64,000 nucleotides of DNA from Nostoc sp. DedSLP01 (GCA_034530875.2 JAVRCJ020000019.1:104410-168409); one strand, 5' to 3'; positions 29,448-39,943 are shown, counted from the stretch's first letter. Made by a program: numbers and translations. Notes: generated by a model from the sequence alone, not told the origin.

Positions 29448-30281
29448 TTAAATAACTAAACTCATCAGCTGCCGGTCTAGCTCGATGAGATAATTTCGAC
29501 CGTAAGCACCATTTTCTAAGCCTGTGACGAGATGGCTGGGGATGTCTTGGGTAATTTCCTCGCTACAAGAACCGGCAGCCACTGCGATCGCCGCGACGGT
29601 ATCCACATCCCCAGTAAATGCTATACAATCTTGTAAAAGTTCGCTGATGCTGTCATTTCGCATCACCGCAGTAATCGCGGCCCTGACACTCATCCAACCT
29701 TTGGATTTTACCTCACCGTGCCAAGGTTTAGACCACTGCCCGGGTACGTAAGCCTCTAAAAACTGTGCTAATTTGCTTTTTGGCCCCAGTCGATAGATAA
29801 AGTAATGTGACATCAGGGCAGCCGCAACAGCAGCATTGATTCCATCTGGTGTATTGTGGGTAATTGCAGCTTGAATTGTCGTCGCTTCGATAACTTTCTC
29901 TGGCGTTGAATAAACGCCAATGGGTGCAGCACGCATCGCCGCACCGCTTTTGTCGCTGTCAGGACGAATTTTGGCGATAAATTCTGCCCCATTTTGAATT
30001 TCTACCAAAAAATTGTAGAAGTTTCTCGCATATCCTAATCTAGAATCGTGTTTAAAAGCTCTCACAAAGCTTTCGGCTAAAACTTCTGGCGTCCACGGTG
30101 CTTGAGCAACAATTACCTCAGCGATGGCAATGCTCATTTGGGTATCGTCGGTGTAGTTGCCAGGGATGAGTCGAAAACGTGGGTGTTGCACGTATCGACT
30201 CAAATCGTTGTTAACGATGTTTTCGTCAGCATATTCAAAGCCTGCACCGTAGGCATCTGCGATCGCTAACTCTAGCAACAT
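29448..30281 (-). CDS. ADP-ribosylglycohydrolase family protein
   Basis: AIADAYG, YTDDTQM, SGAAMRAAP, ITHN and GDVDTVAAIA motifs. Confidence 0.9.
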   Translation of the reverse strand: MLLELAIADAYGAGFEYADENIVNNDLSRYVQHPRFRLIPGNYTDDTQMSIAIAEVIVAQAPWTPEVLAESFVRAFKHDSRLGYARNFYNFLVEIQNGAEFIAKIRPDSDKSGAAMRAAPIGVYSTPEKVIEATTIQAAITHNTPDGINAAVAAALMSHYFIYRLGPKSKLAQFLEAYVPGQWSKPWHGEVKSKGWMSVRAAITAVMRNDSISELLQDCIAFTGDVDTVAAIAVAAGSCSEEITQDIPSHLVTGLENGAYGRNYLIELDRQLMSLVI

Positions 30282-30289
30282 AATTGGTA

Positions 30290-30838
30290 CTACACTAAAA
30301 ATGGACGCGCTAGGAAAAAGCTAGTAATTGATTTAGCGTCTATTGGTTCTCCCTGAAGAATAGCGTTTTCTAGCTCTTCAGGAGTCAAAAATACAGTCTC
30401 GATGTCCTCGTCTGCATCTTGCGCTGGAGGTGTTTCCAGCTTTTGTAAATCTTGAGCCAGAAAAGCATACAGAATTTCATCAGAATAACCAGGCGCTAGG
30501 AAGAATTCTCCTAGTTTGTGCCATTTTTGGGCAGTGTAGCCGGTTTCTTCCTCAATTTCCCGTTGTACTGTTTCCAAGGGATCTTCATTGCGTTCCACAG
30601 TTCCCGCAGGGAATTCTAATATCCGTCCTTGAACTGCAAAACGATACTGGCGCACAAGTATAAGTTTGCCTTCTGGCGTTACAGGCACAGCTAACGCGCC
30701 GCCTGGGTGCCGAATGCACTCCCATTCTCCTTCAGATTTGTTGGGCAAACGCAAGCGGTTGACTTCAAAATCAAACTTGCGTCCTCTATAAAACAAGCGT
30801 TGTTTCAAAAGTTGTGGTAATTCTCTACCTAATGGCAT
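30290..30838 (-). CDS. NUDIX hydrolase (ADP-ribose pyrophosphatase-like)
   Basis: Nudix box EFPAGTVERNEDPLETVQREIEEETGY, plus HPGG, APGYSDE and DEDIE. Confidence 0.9.
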   Translation of the reverse strand: MPLGRELPQLLKQRLFYRGRKFDFEVNRLRLPNKSEGEWECIRHPGGALAVPVTPEGKLILVRQYRFAVQGRILEFPAGTVERNEDPLETVQREIEEETGYTAQKWHKLGEFFLAPGYSDEILYAFLAQDLQKLETPPAQDADEDIETVFLTPEELENAILQGEPIDAKSITSFFLARPFLV

Positions 30839-31185
30839 AGCAAAAAATCTGATTTATTTAGTAAATAGCTGTTATTTATATGGACAAATATCCAATCTCA
30901 TTCGTTTAGAAGTTTTACCTTCATGGTTAATCTTCACAACCTCTATTCCATATAAAACTGTTTATTCAGGACTACTTTTATTGACAAATTCCTATTTGAT
31001 AGCCTCGCTAATTTCATGTCTGCTTTCTAGACTATAAGTTAACTACTGAGAAACGATGAAGTCGTGTTTTCCGCAACTAGATTGGCTTGCATGTTTTTAA
31101 ATTAGGTCGCTGGCCGTAGGAGTATGCCTATATTTTACAACTGATAATTGTGGAATCCGCACAGTTTTGCAATACAGAGCCAACT

Positions 31186-31779
31186 TCAGCGTTTTTGGGG
31201 GTTTATGGATGGTAATTTTAATTGCTCGTCAACAAATAAATGTACATCAGAACAGTCTACCTCTTTGAGCAGTTCTTTAATAACACACCCTGATAGGGGT
31301 TCTACCCAATCTGAGGCAATTTCTGCAAGCGGTACTAACACAAAAGCTCGCTCCCGCATTCCAGGATGGGGAATTTGCAGGTTTGGTGTCTCTAAAATAA
31401 AGTCATCATATAATAACAAATCTAAATCTAAGGTTCGCGGCCCCCAGCGTTCTTGACGGACGCGCCCAAATTGTCGCTCAATTACTAATAAAGTTTCTAA
31501 CAATTCTTGGGGCAGCAATTCTACTTGTAATGTAACGCACCCATTCAAGTAATCTGGTTGTGGCGGCCCTACTGGTTTAGTTTTATACCAATTCGATTTA
31601 GCCTCGATAACAATGCCTGGGGTTTGGGCTAAAGTAGCGATCGCTGCTTCTAAAATTGCTAGTGAATCACCGATATTACTACCAAGAGCAACTGCGCTTT
31701 TGGCACGTTTTACTGGCAGCAAGTCGTTTTGAGGTTGTCTTGGCGGATAGTCCGCTGCATCGCCTAGAAACAATTTCAA
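31186..31779 (-). CDS. folK: 2-amino-4-hydroxy-6-hydroxymethyldihydropteridine diphosphokinase
   Basis: ALGSNIGD, QPDYLNG, RWGPRTLDLDLL, IPHP..ERAFVLVPL. Start uncertain. Confidence 0.92.
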   Translation of the reverse strand: MKLFLGDAADYPPRQPQNDLLPVKRAKSAVALGSNIGDSLAILEAAIATLAQTPGIVIEAKSNWYKTKPVGPPQPDYLNGCVTLQVELLPQELLETLLVIERQFGRVRQERWGPRTLDLDLLLYDDFILETPNLQIPHPGMRERAFVLVPLAEIASDWVEPLSGCVIKELLKEVDCSDVHLFVDEQLKLPSINPQKR

Positions 31780-32126
31780 TAATTCTAATCTTCCGAATCC
31801 TGATGAATTTTACAGTAATTGTGACAGAACTGAATTCATTAAATCGAGAAAACATTATTTTTTCAACAATAATTCATGAGTCAGTCATCTGCATTCAGGA
31901 TGAATATCACCCAAAAAACTTAATATCCTACTTCTGATGCTGACGCTAAATCATTGTATATAGTTAGTATAAAATATTACTTGTTTATTGTGATTTCTGA
32001 ATTATTTTTGATAGTAATTTGGGTTAATTATTTATAGGATAATATACTAGCACAACGTGCTGCTATCACACCAAAGCTGATGGATGGTGGTTAAGTAATT
32101 ACTACTACTTCAATCGAGGAGCTGAT

Positions 32127-34568
32127 GTGGGCAAGCTGACCTCCTGGTTCAAGCCAAGACCAAGTAAATTGAGAGACTCTGCTAACGAGGAACCGCGATT
32201 GCCACCTGGTAATCATCATCAATATGAGGAATCCACAACAAATGAAAGCTTACCACCCAGAAATGCGGGCCAGGCAAGGCAGCCACTAAGCAAAATGAAA
32301 ATTTTATCATCAAAAACGAAAGTCGATCGGCCAACTAGCAAGAAACCAATCTACCGTCGTATCTGGTTTTGGGCAAGTTTGGGTCTCGGTGGTGGAATAG
32401 TTGTCTCGACGCTCTATGGTATCACTCTCATAGATCGCACCTTGCCGGATAAAGCCGAACTCAATGCCGCTGTTAGAGAACAAACACTGACCATCAAAGC
32501 CGCCGACGGTACAATATTACAACAACAAGGTGAAGCTACTAGAGAACAGCTAAAGCTAGAGCAAATCCCAGATAATTTAAAAAAAGCTTTTATAGCCTCA
32601 GAAGATAGAAGATTTCAGCAACATAATGGGGTCGATGCTCAAGGGATCTTGAGAGCTGGTTTGAATAATTTGCGATCGCAAGGTGTGGTCGAAGGTGGTA
32701 GCACTATCACTCAACAACTAGCGCGGATTCTGTTTTTGAAACAAGAGCAGACAATTTGGCGCAAACTCAAGGAAGTCCGCCTAGCACAAAAAATTGAGTC
32801 AGAATTAACCAAAGATCGAATTTTAGAGCGTTACCTCAATTTGGTTTATTTGGGAGCCGGTGCTTACGGTGTTGCAGATGCCTCCTGGGTATACTTTAGT
32901 AAATCCCCAGACCAGCTTTCTCTAGCAGAAATGGCAACCATCGCTGGTTTGGCTCCTGCACCGAGTTTGTACGCTCCGGACAAGAATCCGGTAGCTGCCA
33001 AACAAAGGCGTAACCTGGTATTGCAACGGATGCAGGAAGAAAAATTTATTACACCAGAGCAAAGACAGGCGGCTACACAAGAACCGCTAACCTTGAAAAC
33101 CAGTTTACCCAAGCGCCTGCAAGTGCAGTCACCATACTTTACTACCTACGTCCAGAAAGAATTGCCCAAGTATGTTTCTGCTGATGTGTTGGCAGCTGGG
33201 GGTTTGACAGTCGAAACGACTTTGAACCCGACTTGGCAAAAAGCAGCAGAAGAGGCAGTTGCCAAAACTTTACGCAATCAAGGACGGTGGGAGAACTTTA
33301 AAGAAGCGTCAATGGTTGCCATCGATCCCCGTAGCGGTGAAATCAAGGCAATGGTTGGCGGCAAAGACTTTAGCCAAAACCAATTTAATCGCGTTACCCA
33401 AGCACAGCGGCAACCGGGATCGACATTTAAAGGATTTGTTTATGCTACTGCGATCGCTACCGGTAAAAGCCCCTACGCTACATACCAGGATGCACCCTTT
33501 GTCGTAGACGGCTACGAACCGAAAAACTACAGTGAAAGCTTCCGCGGCACGATGAGCATGAGAGATGCTCTCACCCGTTCCGTTAATATCGTTGCGGTGA
33601 AGGTGTTGCTTGACGTAGGTTTTAACCCAACGATTAAACTTGCCCATGATATGGGGATTAAATCAGAACTTAAGCCTACTTATTCCCTAGCTCTTGGCTC
33701 AAACGAAGTAAATCTCTTGGAATTAACTAGCGCCTACGGCAGTTTTGCCACCCAAGGATTGCACGCAGACCCTCATGGTATCAGCCGCATCATTAACCGT
33801 CAAGGCAAAGTGATTTGGTCAGCTAATTTCAAATCGCAACGCGTTCTTGATGCTGACAGCGCTGCCATTATGACTTGGATGCTACGCAACGTCGTCGAAG
33901 CCGGGACTGGTGGCGCCGCCCAATTAAATGATAGACAAGTTGCCGGCAAGACCGGTACTTCCGACGAAGCCCGCGATTTGTGGTTTATTGGTTACATTCC
34001 CCAATTAGTAACAGGAGTCTGGCTAGGTAACGATAACAACCGCCCCACTTATGGCAGCAGTAGTAGCGCCGCTTATACGTGGCACGAGTTCATGGAAAAA
34101 GCGGTTGAAGGAATGCCCGTAGAAAAGTTTCCCAAACGGCCAAAGTTAGAAGGTCGCAAAGGCACTATCAAAGCAGAATCAATCAAACCCAGACAAGTGC
34201 TGAATCGTTCTCTTTCCTCTGATGATGATAATGAATCAGAACGGGAAAGTTATAGAAATTCTGAAGATAGCGGTTCATCTAGAAGACGTAAAAGAAGAAG
34301 ATATTATCAAGAAGAACAGCAATCAAGCGACGATACTCCAAGACGGAGAAGACGCTATCGCAGTAGTGAAGAATCAACTTCGAGTAACTCTTCCTCAGAG
34401 TCAGAGCCATCTCGTTCGCGGCGACGCTCTAGAAGAGTAGTAGAATCAGATTCTCCGCCACCGAGAAGAAGAACTCGCAGATCCTCATCTCCCGCAAACA
34501 GTTCTGGTTCTTCAGGTTCGTCATCTCCACAACCATCCTGGCGCGATAGACTTAGACCTTCTCAGTAA
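32127..34568 (+). CDS. Class A penicillin-binding protein (transglycosylase/transpeptidase)
   Basis: TM anchor, EDRRF, GGSTITQQLAR, RQPGSTFK (SxxK), SVN, KTGT; Arg/Ser-rich C-terminal tail. Confidence 0.93.
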   Translation: MGKLTSWFKPRPSKLRDSANEEPRLPPGNHHQYEESTTNESLPPRNAGQARQPLSKMKILSSKTKVDRPTSKKPIYRRIWFWASLGLGGGIVVSTLYGITLIDRTLPDKAELNAAVREQTLTIKAADGTILQQQGEATREQLKLEQIPDNLKKAFIASEDRRFQQHNGVDAQGILRAGLNNLRSQGVVEGGSTITQQLARILFLKQEQTIWRKLKEVRLAQKIESELTKDRILERYLNLVYLGAGAYGVADASWVYFSKSPDQLSLAEMATIAGLAPAPSLYAPDKNPVAAKQRRNLVLQRMQEEKFITPEQRQAATQEPLTLKTSLPKRLQVQSPYFTTYVQKELPKYVSADVLAAGGLTVETTLNPTWQKAAEEAVAKTLRNQGRWENFKEASMVAIDPRSGEIKAMVGGKDFSQNQFNRVTQAQRQPGSTFKGFVYATAIATGKSPYATYQDAPFVVDGYEPKNYSESFRGTMSMRDALTRSVNIVAVKVLLDVGFNPTIKLAHDMGIKSELKPTYSLALGSNEVNLLELTSAYGSFATQGLHADPHGISRIINRQGKVIWSANFKSQRVLDADSAAIMTWMLRNVVEAGTGGAAQLNDRQVAGKTGTSDEARDLWFIGYIPQLVTGVWLGNDNNRPTYGSSSSAAYTWHEFMEKAVEGMPVEKFPKRPKLEGRKGTIKAESIKPRQVLNRSLSSDDDNESERESYRNSEDSGSSRRRKRRRYYQEEQQSSDDTPRRRRRYRSSEESTSSNSSSESEPSRSRRRSRRVVESDSPPPRRRTRRSSSPANSSGSSGSSSPQPSWRDRLRPSQ

Positions 34569-34572
34569 TAAA

Positions 34573-34680
34573 TGGGGCAAGGGGCAAAGGGCAAAGGGCA
34601 AATGGGAAAACAAAGATCCCTCCTTTTCCCTTTTCCCTTTAACCTTTTCCCCTGCCCTCCCTGCCCTTTTTTCCCTCTGC
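34573..34680. repeat. STRR-type heptamer inverted repeat downstream of the PBP gene
   Basis: (ggggcaa/agggcaa)n followed by (ttttccc)n. Confidence 0.6.
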
Positions 34681-34776
34681 AAGATTGAGTTGCTCAAACT
34701 ACAGGGGGATGTTAGGTGATACGCTGATTTTATATTGTCTTAAAAATAGTATTACCTGACCTTGGAGAACATACCT

Positions 34777-35004
34777 ATGCATTTATTGATGCAAACAGCA
34801 GCAGATGCCGCAGCAAACGCCCCTCATTTTCCCTATGCTTTTACCTTGGTATATGTTGTTGGTTTTATTGCTGCTGTCACCATTGGTTCAATAGCTTGGT
34901 ACAACTCAAAACGTCCCGCAGGTTGGGAAAGTAAAGAGCGTCCTGATTTTGTGCCTAAGGTTAATAAAGAAGAAACTCCGGGTCTGGGCGAACCGAAGTC
35001 ATAA
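34777..35004 (+). CDS. psb35: Photosystem II assembly/stability protein Psb35-like
   Basis: Single TM helix plus conserved AVTIGSIAWYNSKRPAGWE...RPDFVP. Confidence 0.7.
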   Translation: MHLLMQTAADAAANAPHFPYAFTLVYVVGFIAAVTIGSIAWYNSKRPAGWESKERPDFVPKVNKEETPGLGEPKS

Positions 35005-35009
35005 ACAGT

Positions 35010-35105
35010 CCTGAGTGATGAGTGATGAGTAGTGAGTGATGAGTTAAAAAACTCCTAACTCCTAACTCTCAACTCCTAACTCTCAACTCCCCAACTCATA
35101 ACTCG
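35010..35105. repeat. STRR heptamer repeats (tgagtga / aactcct) forming a hairpin between convergent genes
   Basis: Tandem heptamers seen directly. Similar blocks at 2885-2910, 51056-51100, 51235-51275, 55190-55345 and 59745-59810. Confidence 0.7.
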
Positions 35106-35115
35106 AAATTCTCTG

Positions 35116-35538
35116 TTAGTTTTGAACTTCAACCCAACGGCGGTAAAGCTTTTGAATTTGTTTAAGAAGCTGAGTATGAGCTGGTTGAGTTGAACCATTC
35201 GGTCTTGTTATATCTTGCAATTCGGTCAGAAGTCTAGCTTCTTCGATCGCAACTTCGCCATCGCTATAAATTAAGCCACTAATGGCTTCTATCAAATTTT
35301 CGCAATCTTCCAGGCTAGGGCGATCGCCTAAATACTCCCTAACCCACTCAAAGCACTCTTTTGGCTGTACGGGAACTAACTCGTACAGCCAAGGCTTAAT
35401 TTCTGGGTCGCTAGCCAAACCCTTTGCTTGAGCTATTTCGCGTAGATATTGCCGTTCCTCTGGTTGAATTCTGCCATCGAGCCAAGCGGCTCCAATCAGG
35501 ATTTTAACTAAGTTTTTCACATTGGAATGGGTAACCAT
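35116..35538 (-). CDS. TerB family protein
   Basis: AWLDGRIQPEERQYL and YSDGEVAIEEARLL, the paired DG...E motifs of TerB. Confidence 0.8.
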   Translation of the reverse strand: MVTHSNVKNLVKILIGAAWLDGRIQPEERQYLREIAQAKGLASDPEIKPWLYELVPVQPKECFEWVREYLGDRPSLEDCENLIEAISGLIYSDGEVAIEEARLLTELQDITRPNGSTQPAHTQLLKQIQKLYRRWVEVQN

Positions 35539-35595
35539 TGCTGCCTCCTCTGGTAGATTCAGGCTTCCACCAAATCGTACAATCCCAAACAGTAA

Positions 35596-37008
35596 TCATT
35601 CGGAATTATTGGTTTTTCTTAAGCGCACCATAAAAAAGCCATCCATGTCCTCTCGATGAGGCCAGAGTTTGAACCAACCTTCAGGCGTAATACGGCCAAA
35701 GTCAAGAAAATCAAGGCTCTTGGGAGGCTCGATTTGCCAATCAGGTGACTCAGCCAAAAATGCCGCGATCGCTTGTTCGTTTTCTGCTGGATGCAGGGTA
35801 CAGGTGGCATAAACTAATACACCTCCTGGCTTGACAAAAGTAGATGTATGTGATATGAGTTGCCTTTGAAGCATCGAAAGTTCCCTAACAGATTCCGGTG
35901 TCTGTCGCCAACGAGCATCAGCATGACGGTGCATAGTTCCCAAGCCAGAACAGGGAGCATCGAGTAATACGCGGTCTGCGGTATTGTGAAATTGTGTAAA
36001 ATTGCGGCTATCGCCAGTGCAAATTTGAATAGATTTTAAATTTAGGCGTTGAGAATTTTCTTGGAGTTTGCGAAGACGAGAAGCAGTGCGATCGCAAGCC
36101 CAAATTTTCCCCTTATCTTGCATTAACTCAGCAATATGAGTTGTTTTCCCCCCCGGTGCAGCACAAGCATCAATTACCACTTCACCTGGTTGGGGGTCGA
36201 GTAAATGACTTACCAATTGGGCGCTGCTATCTTGTACAGTCCACCAACCTTCTTGAAAACCAGGTAATTTTTGAATTGGCCCGGCATTACCAATTAATCG
36301 CAGTGCTTGAGGCAAATGACGAACCCGCCTCACCAAAACACCAGCAGATTGCAACGCTGCCTCAACTTCTTCAATTGATATACGAAGTGGGTTAATCCGC
36401 AAATCGATTGTTGGTGACTGATTCATCCATTCACACAGTTGTTCTGTCTCAACCGAACCCAGTTGTTCTAACCAAACTTCAATAATCCAATCAGGAAAAC
36501 TGTGTAAAATCCCCAGCCGTTGCACTGGGTTTTCTGGGAGTTGTAAGGGGTCAAAATGGGCGACTGGGGACTGGGGGAGCAACAAAGAATCTTTCCCCTC
36601 TGCCCCTCTGCCCCCCTGCCCCTCTGCTTTTCTGAGATATTGGCGTAATAGACCGTTAACAAAACCTGTAAGTCCGGAAAAACCGTTTTCTTTAGCTAGT
36701 TGGACGGTGGTGTTAACAGCAGCTGAAGCGGGAATACGCTCTTGATAGCGGAGTTGGTATAAGCCTAGATGTAGGATGGTGCGGAGGTCTTTTGGTTGTT
36801 GGTGAGATTTCTTTTGGGCAAGTTGGTCAATGAGAGTATCTAGGGTGCGCTGCCTTCTGACACTGCCATAAACTAATTCTGTCAGTAGGCGGCGATCGCT
36901 ATCAGCCAAAGTAACTTTTTGCAGCACTCTATCTACGGCAACATCAACATAAGCCCCCTTGTGAACATCTCGCAGGGCGATAAAAGCTAGTTGACGAGCA
37001 TTTGTCAT
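35596..37008 (-). CDS. rsmB: 16S rRNA m5C967 methyltransferase RsmB (Sun)
   Basis: NusB-like N-terminus, VQDSSAQ, DACAAPGGKT, LDAPCSGLG, YATCT, DGFF. Start set at ATG 37008; the longer ORF runs into repeat DNA. In-frame STRR insert at ~36557-36630. Confidence 0.93.
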   Translation of the reverse strand: MTNARQLAFIALRDVHKGAYVDVAVDRVLQKVTLADSDRRLLTELVYGSVRRQRTLDTLIDQLAQKKSHQQPKDLRTILHLGLYQLRYQERIPASAAVNTTVQLAKENGFSGLTGFVNGLLRQYLRKAEGQGGRGAEGKDSLLLPQSPVAHFDPLQLPENPVQRLGILHSFPDWIIEVWLEQLGSVETEQLCEWMNQSPTIDLRINPLRISIEEVEAALQSAGVLVRRVRHLPQALRLIGNAGPIQKLPGFQEGWWTVQDSSAQLVSHLLDPQPGEVVIDACAAPGGKTTHIAELMQDKGKIWACDRTASRLRKLQENSQRLNLKSIQICTGDSRNFTQFHNTADRVLLDAPCSGLGTMHRHADARWRQTPESVRELSMLQRQLISHTSTFVKPGGVLVYATCTLHPAENEQAIAAFLAESPDWQIEPPKSLDFLDFGRITPEGWFKLWPHREDMDGFFMVRLRKTNNSE

Positions 37009-37080
37009 GAAACACAAATCAGGAGTTACAAAGCTTTTGTATTCTAACTCCTCACTGTTGTACAGACGCGATTCATCGCG

Positions 37081-37423
37081 CACTGGTGTCAACTTAACGT
37101 GAAACCTTTATCATGACGTAGTTTTGAATTCACTCATTCAATATCACCATCCGCGTTACCCCTCCCCGGTTTTGTCTAAAGCCAAAACCTCCCCTCCCCT
37201 TGCCAAGGCTACGGTATACACACAAGTTATTGAATTACTACCAGTTCTCGAATTACCCCACCCTAACCCTCCCTTAGAAAGGGGAGGGAATTAGATTTCT
37301 CAGTTTCCCCCCTTTCCAAGGGGGGATTAAGGGGGGTAATCAGACTTGTGTGTACGCGGTAGCCTTGGTAAGGGGTGGGGTAAAACGATTGTGGGGCAAT
37401 TTGAGCTGAAGTTGACACCAATT
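37081..37423. mobile_element. MITE (GGTGTCAACTT TIR family) inserted in a REP palindrome and carrying a nested second MITE (37207-37364)
   Basis: Ends cactggtgtcaacttaa / ctgaagttgacaccaat; flanks ttcatcgcg / ttaatcgcg. The inner element has TIRs ggctacggtatacacacaagt / acttgtgtgtacgcggtagcc. Confidence 0.75.
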
Positions 37424-37446
37424 TTAATCGCGTCTCTCCTAACTTC

Positions 37447-38901
37447 CTATCGAGGTATATGAGGATCTACACTTGCAATTTCAAATTCACACGCTCTAGA
37501 AACTACTTCTGCTGGTAATTTACCGAAGGTAATTAATGGTAAAGAATCGGGGTTTGTCATCAACTCTTTTGCTAATAAAAACCCTGTAATTGTCCAAGTT
37601 TGATATTTCCTAGCTTGTTTGCCTATTAATCGTCCTTTCTTACCGTCGTAATACTCGGGCCATTCATCTTCGCACAGCCGTGCTTCGGCAATTTCAATTG
37701 CTTTTTGTGCAAGACTTGTTCTCTTAGTTTTTATCGCCGCTGCTGCCAACATCCACATTAATACAGGCCAACTACCTGCATTGTGATACGACCAAGGTAT
37801 ATTTTTCGGGTCGCATCCAGTGACAATTCTGTATTCTTCATCTTCTAAAGCTGGAAAACAGATTTTCATGGGCATATCTCCCACTAAGTCATCCCATCGT
37901 TCTTCAATGAGATTCATAATTGCTTGTGACTGTTCTTCGGTAGCTAAATCAGAAACGATCGCCATTAAGTTTCCCACTGTAAAAAAGCGAGTATCTAGCT
38001 GTGATGGCCCAACATTACCTGCAAGATAACCGCCTTTTTTCGGCAGCCATTTATCTAATTCATAATAGGGAATCGAATCTACATATATATTGAATAAATT
38101 AACAGCGGTTTTACCATACTCTTCACTTTTGAAGCGATAAATCGTATTCAGGCGATTAATATCTATCCAATAATGTTGGCGAATGTGAGCGCATAAAAGA
38201 GGCAAGCGATTATCAATTGCGATCGCAATATCTTGATTACCTTGACAAATTAGCAATTCGCGGGCTGCACGCAATGCTGCATAAAAAAGAACTTGCAGTT
38301 CTAAAGGATGCCCATAGATACCCATACGACGGTCAATCATACAAGCGCCATCTGGAACCAATAGCGTTGGGTACATATCAAAACGATTCGCCAGACAAAT
38401 CTCCATGATTAACCTGATACCATTTTGGAATTCAGGCTGATGCGCTAGAGAAAAATCTTCGGTAGCGACTACATAAGCACGCAACAAAATAATCCACCAC
38501 AGACAAGAATCAACTGGTGTGACTCTGGCGATCGCATGTTCGCCAAAATCAGCTTCTAAATATTCTTGTCCATTTTCAGATAATACTTTAAAGCTAGCTG
38601 GTATTAATCCCCGACCAGGTTTATAGGCATCTAACGCTCTATCTTTAGGCTGTAACTTTAACGTTTCTTCTAAGAAATTCCGAACAATATCAGCTCTACC
38701 TTTAATCAGAAAAATGATAGCCGAAGAAACAAAATCTCGAATAAAACATTGGTCATAATTAAGAGCTTCTACAGAGAAATCATAAGCCGCTACTGTGCCA
38801 ACTGGACGTCCTTGATAGTAGATAATTGACTTTTCGAGTGCTTCCCAGCCTTGTGCTACTTCTTTTGAAGTTTCAGTAGTTTTTAATTCGTTTAACTGCA
38901 T
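37447..38901 (-). CDS. invB: Alkaline/neutral invertase (GH100)
   Basis: [60 protein letters not shown]-terminus and length fit Anabaena InvB rather than InvA. Confidence 0.85.
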   Translation of the reverse strand: MQLNELKTTETSKEVAQGWEALEKSIIYYQGRPVGTVAAYDFSVEALNYDQCFIRDFVSSAIIFLIKGRADIVRNFLEETLKLQPKDRALDAYKPGRGLIPASFKVLSENGQEYLEADFGEHAIARVTPVDSCLWWIILLRAYVVATEDFSLAHQPEFQNGIRLIMEICLANRFDMYPTLLVPDGACMIDRRMGIYGHPLELQVLFYAALRAARELLICQGNQDIAIAIDNRLPLLCAHIRQHYWIDINRLNTIYRFKSEEYGKTAVNLFNIYVDSIPYYELDKWLPKKGGYLAGNVGPSQLDTRFFTVGNLMAIVSDLATEEQSQAIMNLIEERWDDLVGDMPMKICFPALEDEEYRIVTGCDPKNIPWSYHNAGSWPVLMWMLAAAAIKTKRTSLAQKAIEIAEARLCEDEWPEYYDGKKGRLIGKQARKYQTWTITGFLLAKELMTNPDSLPLITFGKLPAEVVSRACEFEIASVDPHIPR

Positions 38902-39497
38902 CGCCAGAATAACTCCATTTAGGTTGTGATTTTGTGGTAGATGCGTCTTGCTTGATTATTTTTGCTATTCTCAGCATCACAAGACGAATTTTTGAATAGC
39001 AAATATAACTTTGCAAAATTGCTAAACAAAAACTAATAAAGCTGCTGGTATATATGCAACTTTATTAATAGTTAATTTGCCTCTAATCAATTATTCTTTC
39101 GGTGAATTACGATTTCTTTTTTCACCGCAAGCAGTAATTTGATTTTTCAAACAGCCACATCAGATATATTTTTAAAGGATTTCTGTTTCGGTTTTGGCAT
39201 CTCAAATATCTGCTTTACCAAACAAAAATATATCTGATGTGGTATTTAAGGTTTGCGTGAAGTTCAAACCAGTTACAGTATCTTTACTTAATGAGAATTG
39301 CTTTTTGACATTAAAAGGTCACATTATTCCCCTATAACATAATAATTTATAACATTTTGTCATAATATGCAAGATAAACGGTCAAAAGATTTAATATGTC
39401 AATACTTCTGAAGCGCTATATATTTTACCCCATCGACAGATAATTATCAGTCGCTTCTGGAAGTGAAGTTAAAAAAAGTAAAGTTAACACAGTCATT

Positions 39498-39864
39498 GAA
39501 CCAAGAATCCCACGGCTTTTAGTTACAGCAATTTTCAGGTAAATAGACCGCGTTGTAGGGGTTTTACAGCTGTGCATACGTGTCAACTTAACGCGAAACC
39601 CTGATGAATACGTGATGAGCGAGTTCTACTCACTCACCATCAAGATCCGCGTTACCCCACCCCGGCTTTGCTGACGCAAAACCGCCCCTCCCCTTGCCAA
39701 GGGGAGGGGTTGGGGATGGGGTAAAACGATTGTGGGGCAGGAGTTTGAGCTTAAGTTGGCACCAATGCACAGCTGTAAAGCCTCTACCGAAAATTGTGGG
39801 TCAAATAGATGAAAAATGCTGTAAACTGAGCGTAGCGAAAGTTTAACAGCCGTGGGAGTGTCAA
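39498..39864. mobile_element. Four-layer nest of non-autonomous elements
   Basis: IS200/605-end-like aatcccacggct...agccgtggga (outer) > ttacagcaattttcaggt...atgaaaaatgctgtaa MITE (39523-39824) > gtagggg...cctctac REP > catacgtgtcaactta...taagttggcaccaatg MITE (39575-39767). Confidence 0.7.
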
Positions 39865-39896
39865 CCACGCAACAAGATAACTGCACAGAAATAGTC

Positions 39897-39940
39897 AAAC
39901 AAGAACCCCGATTTTCTTAAAAAGTCGGGGTTCTTGTTTG
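39897..39940. terminator. CCCCGAC/GTCGGGG-type hairpin downstream of 39944-40237
   Basis: aaacaagaaccccgattttcttaaaaagtcggggttcttgttt. Relatives at 40460-40488 and 53861-53895. Confidence 0.65.
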
Positions 39941-39943
39941 AAG

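Noticed and set aside
39626..39898. 90-aa ORF on the minus strand
   Set aside because: It is translated nested-repeat DNA.
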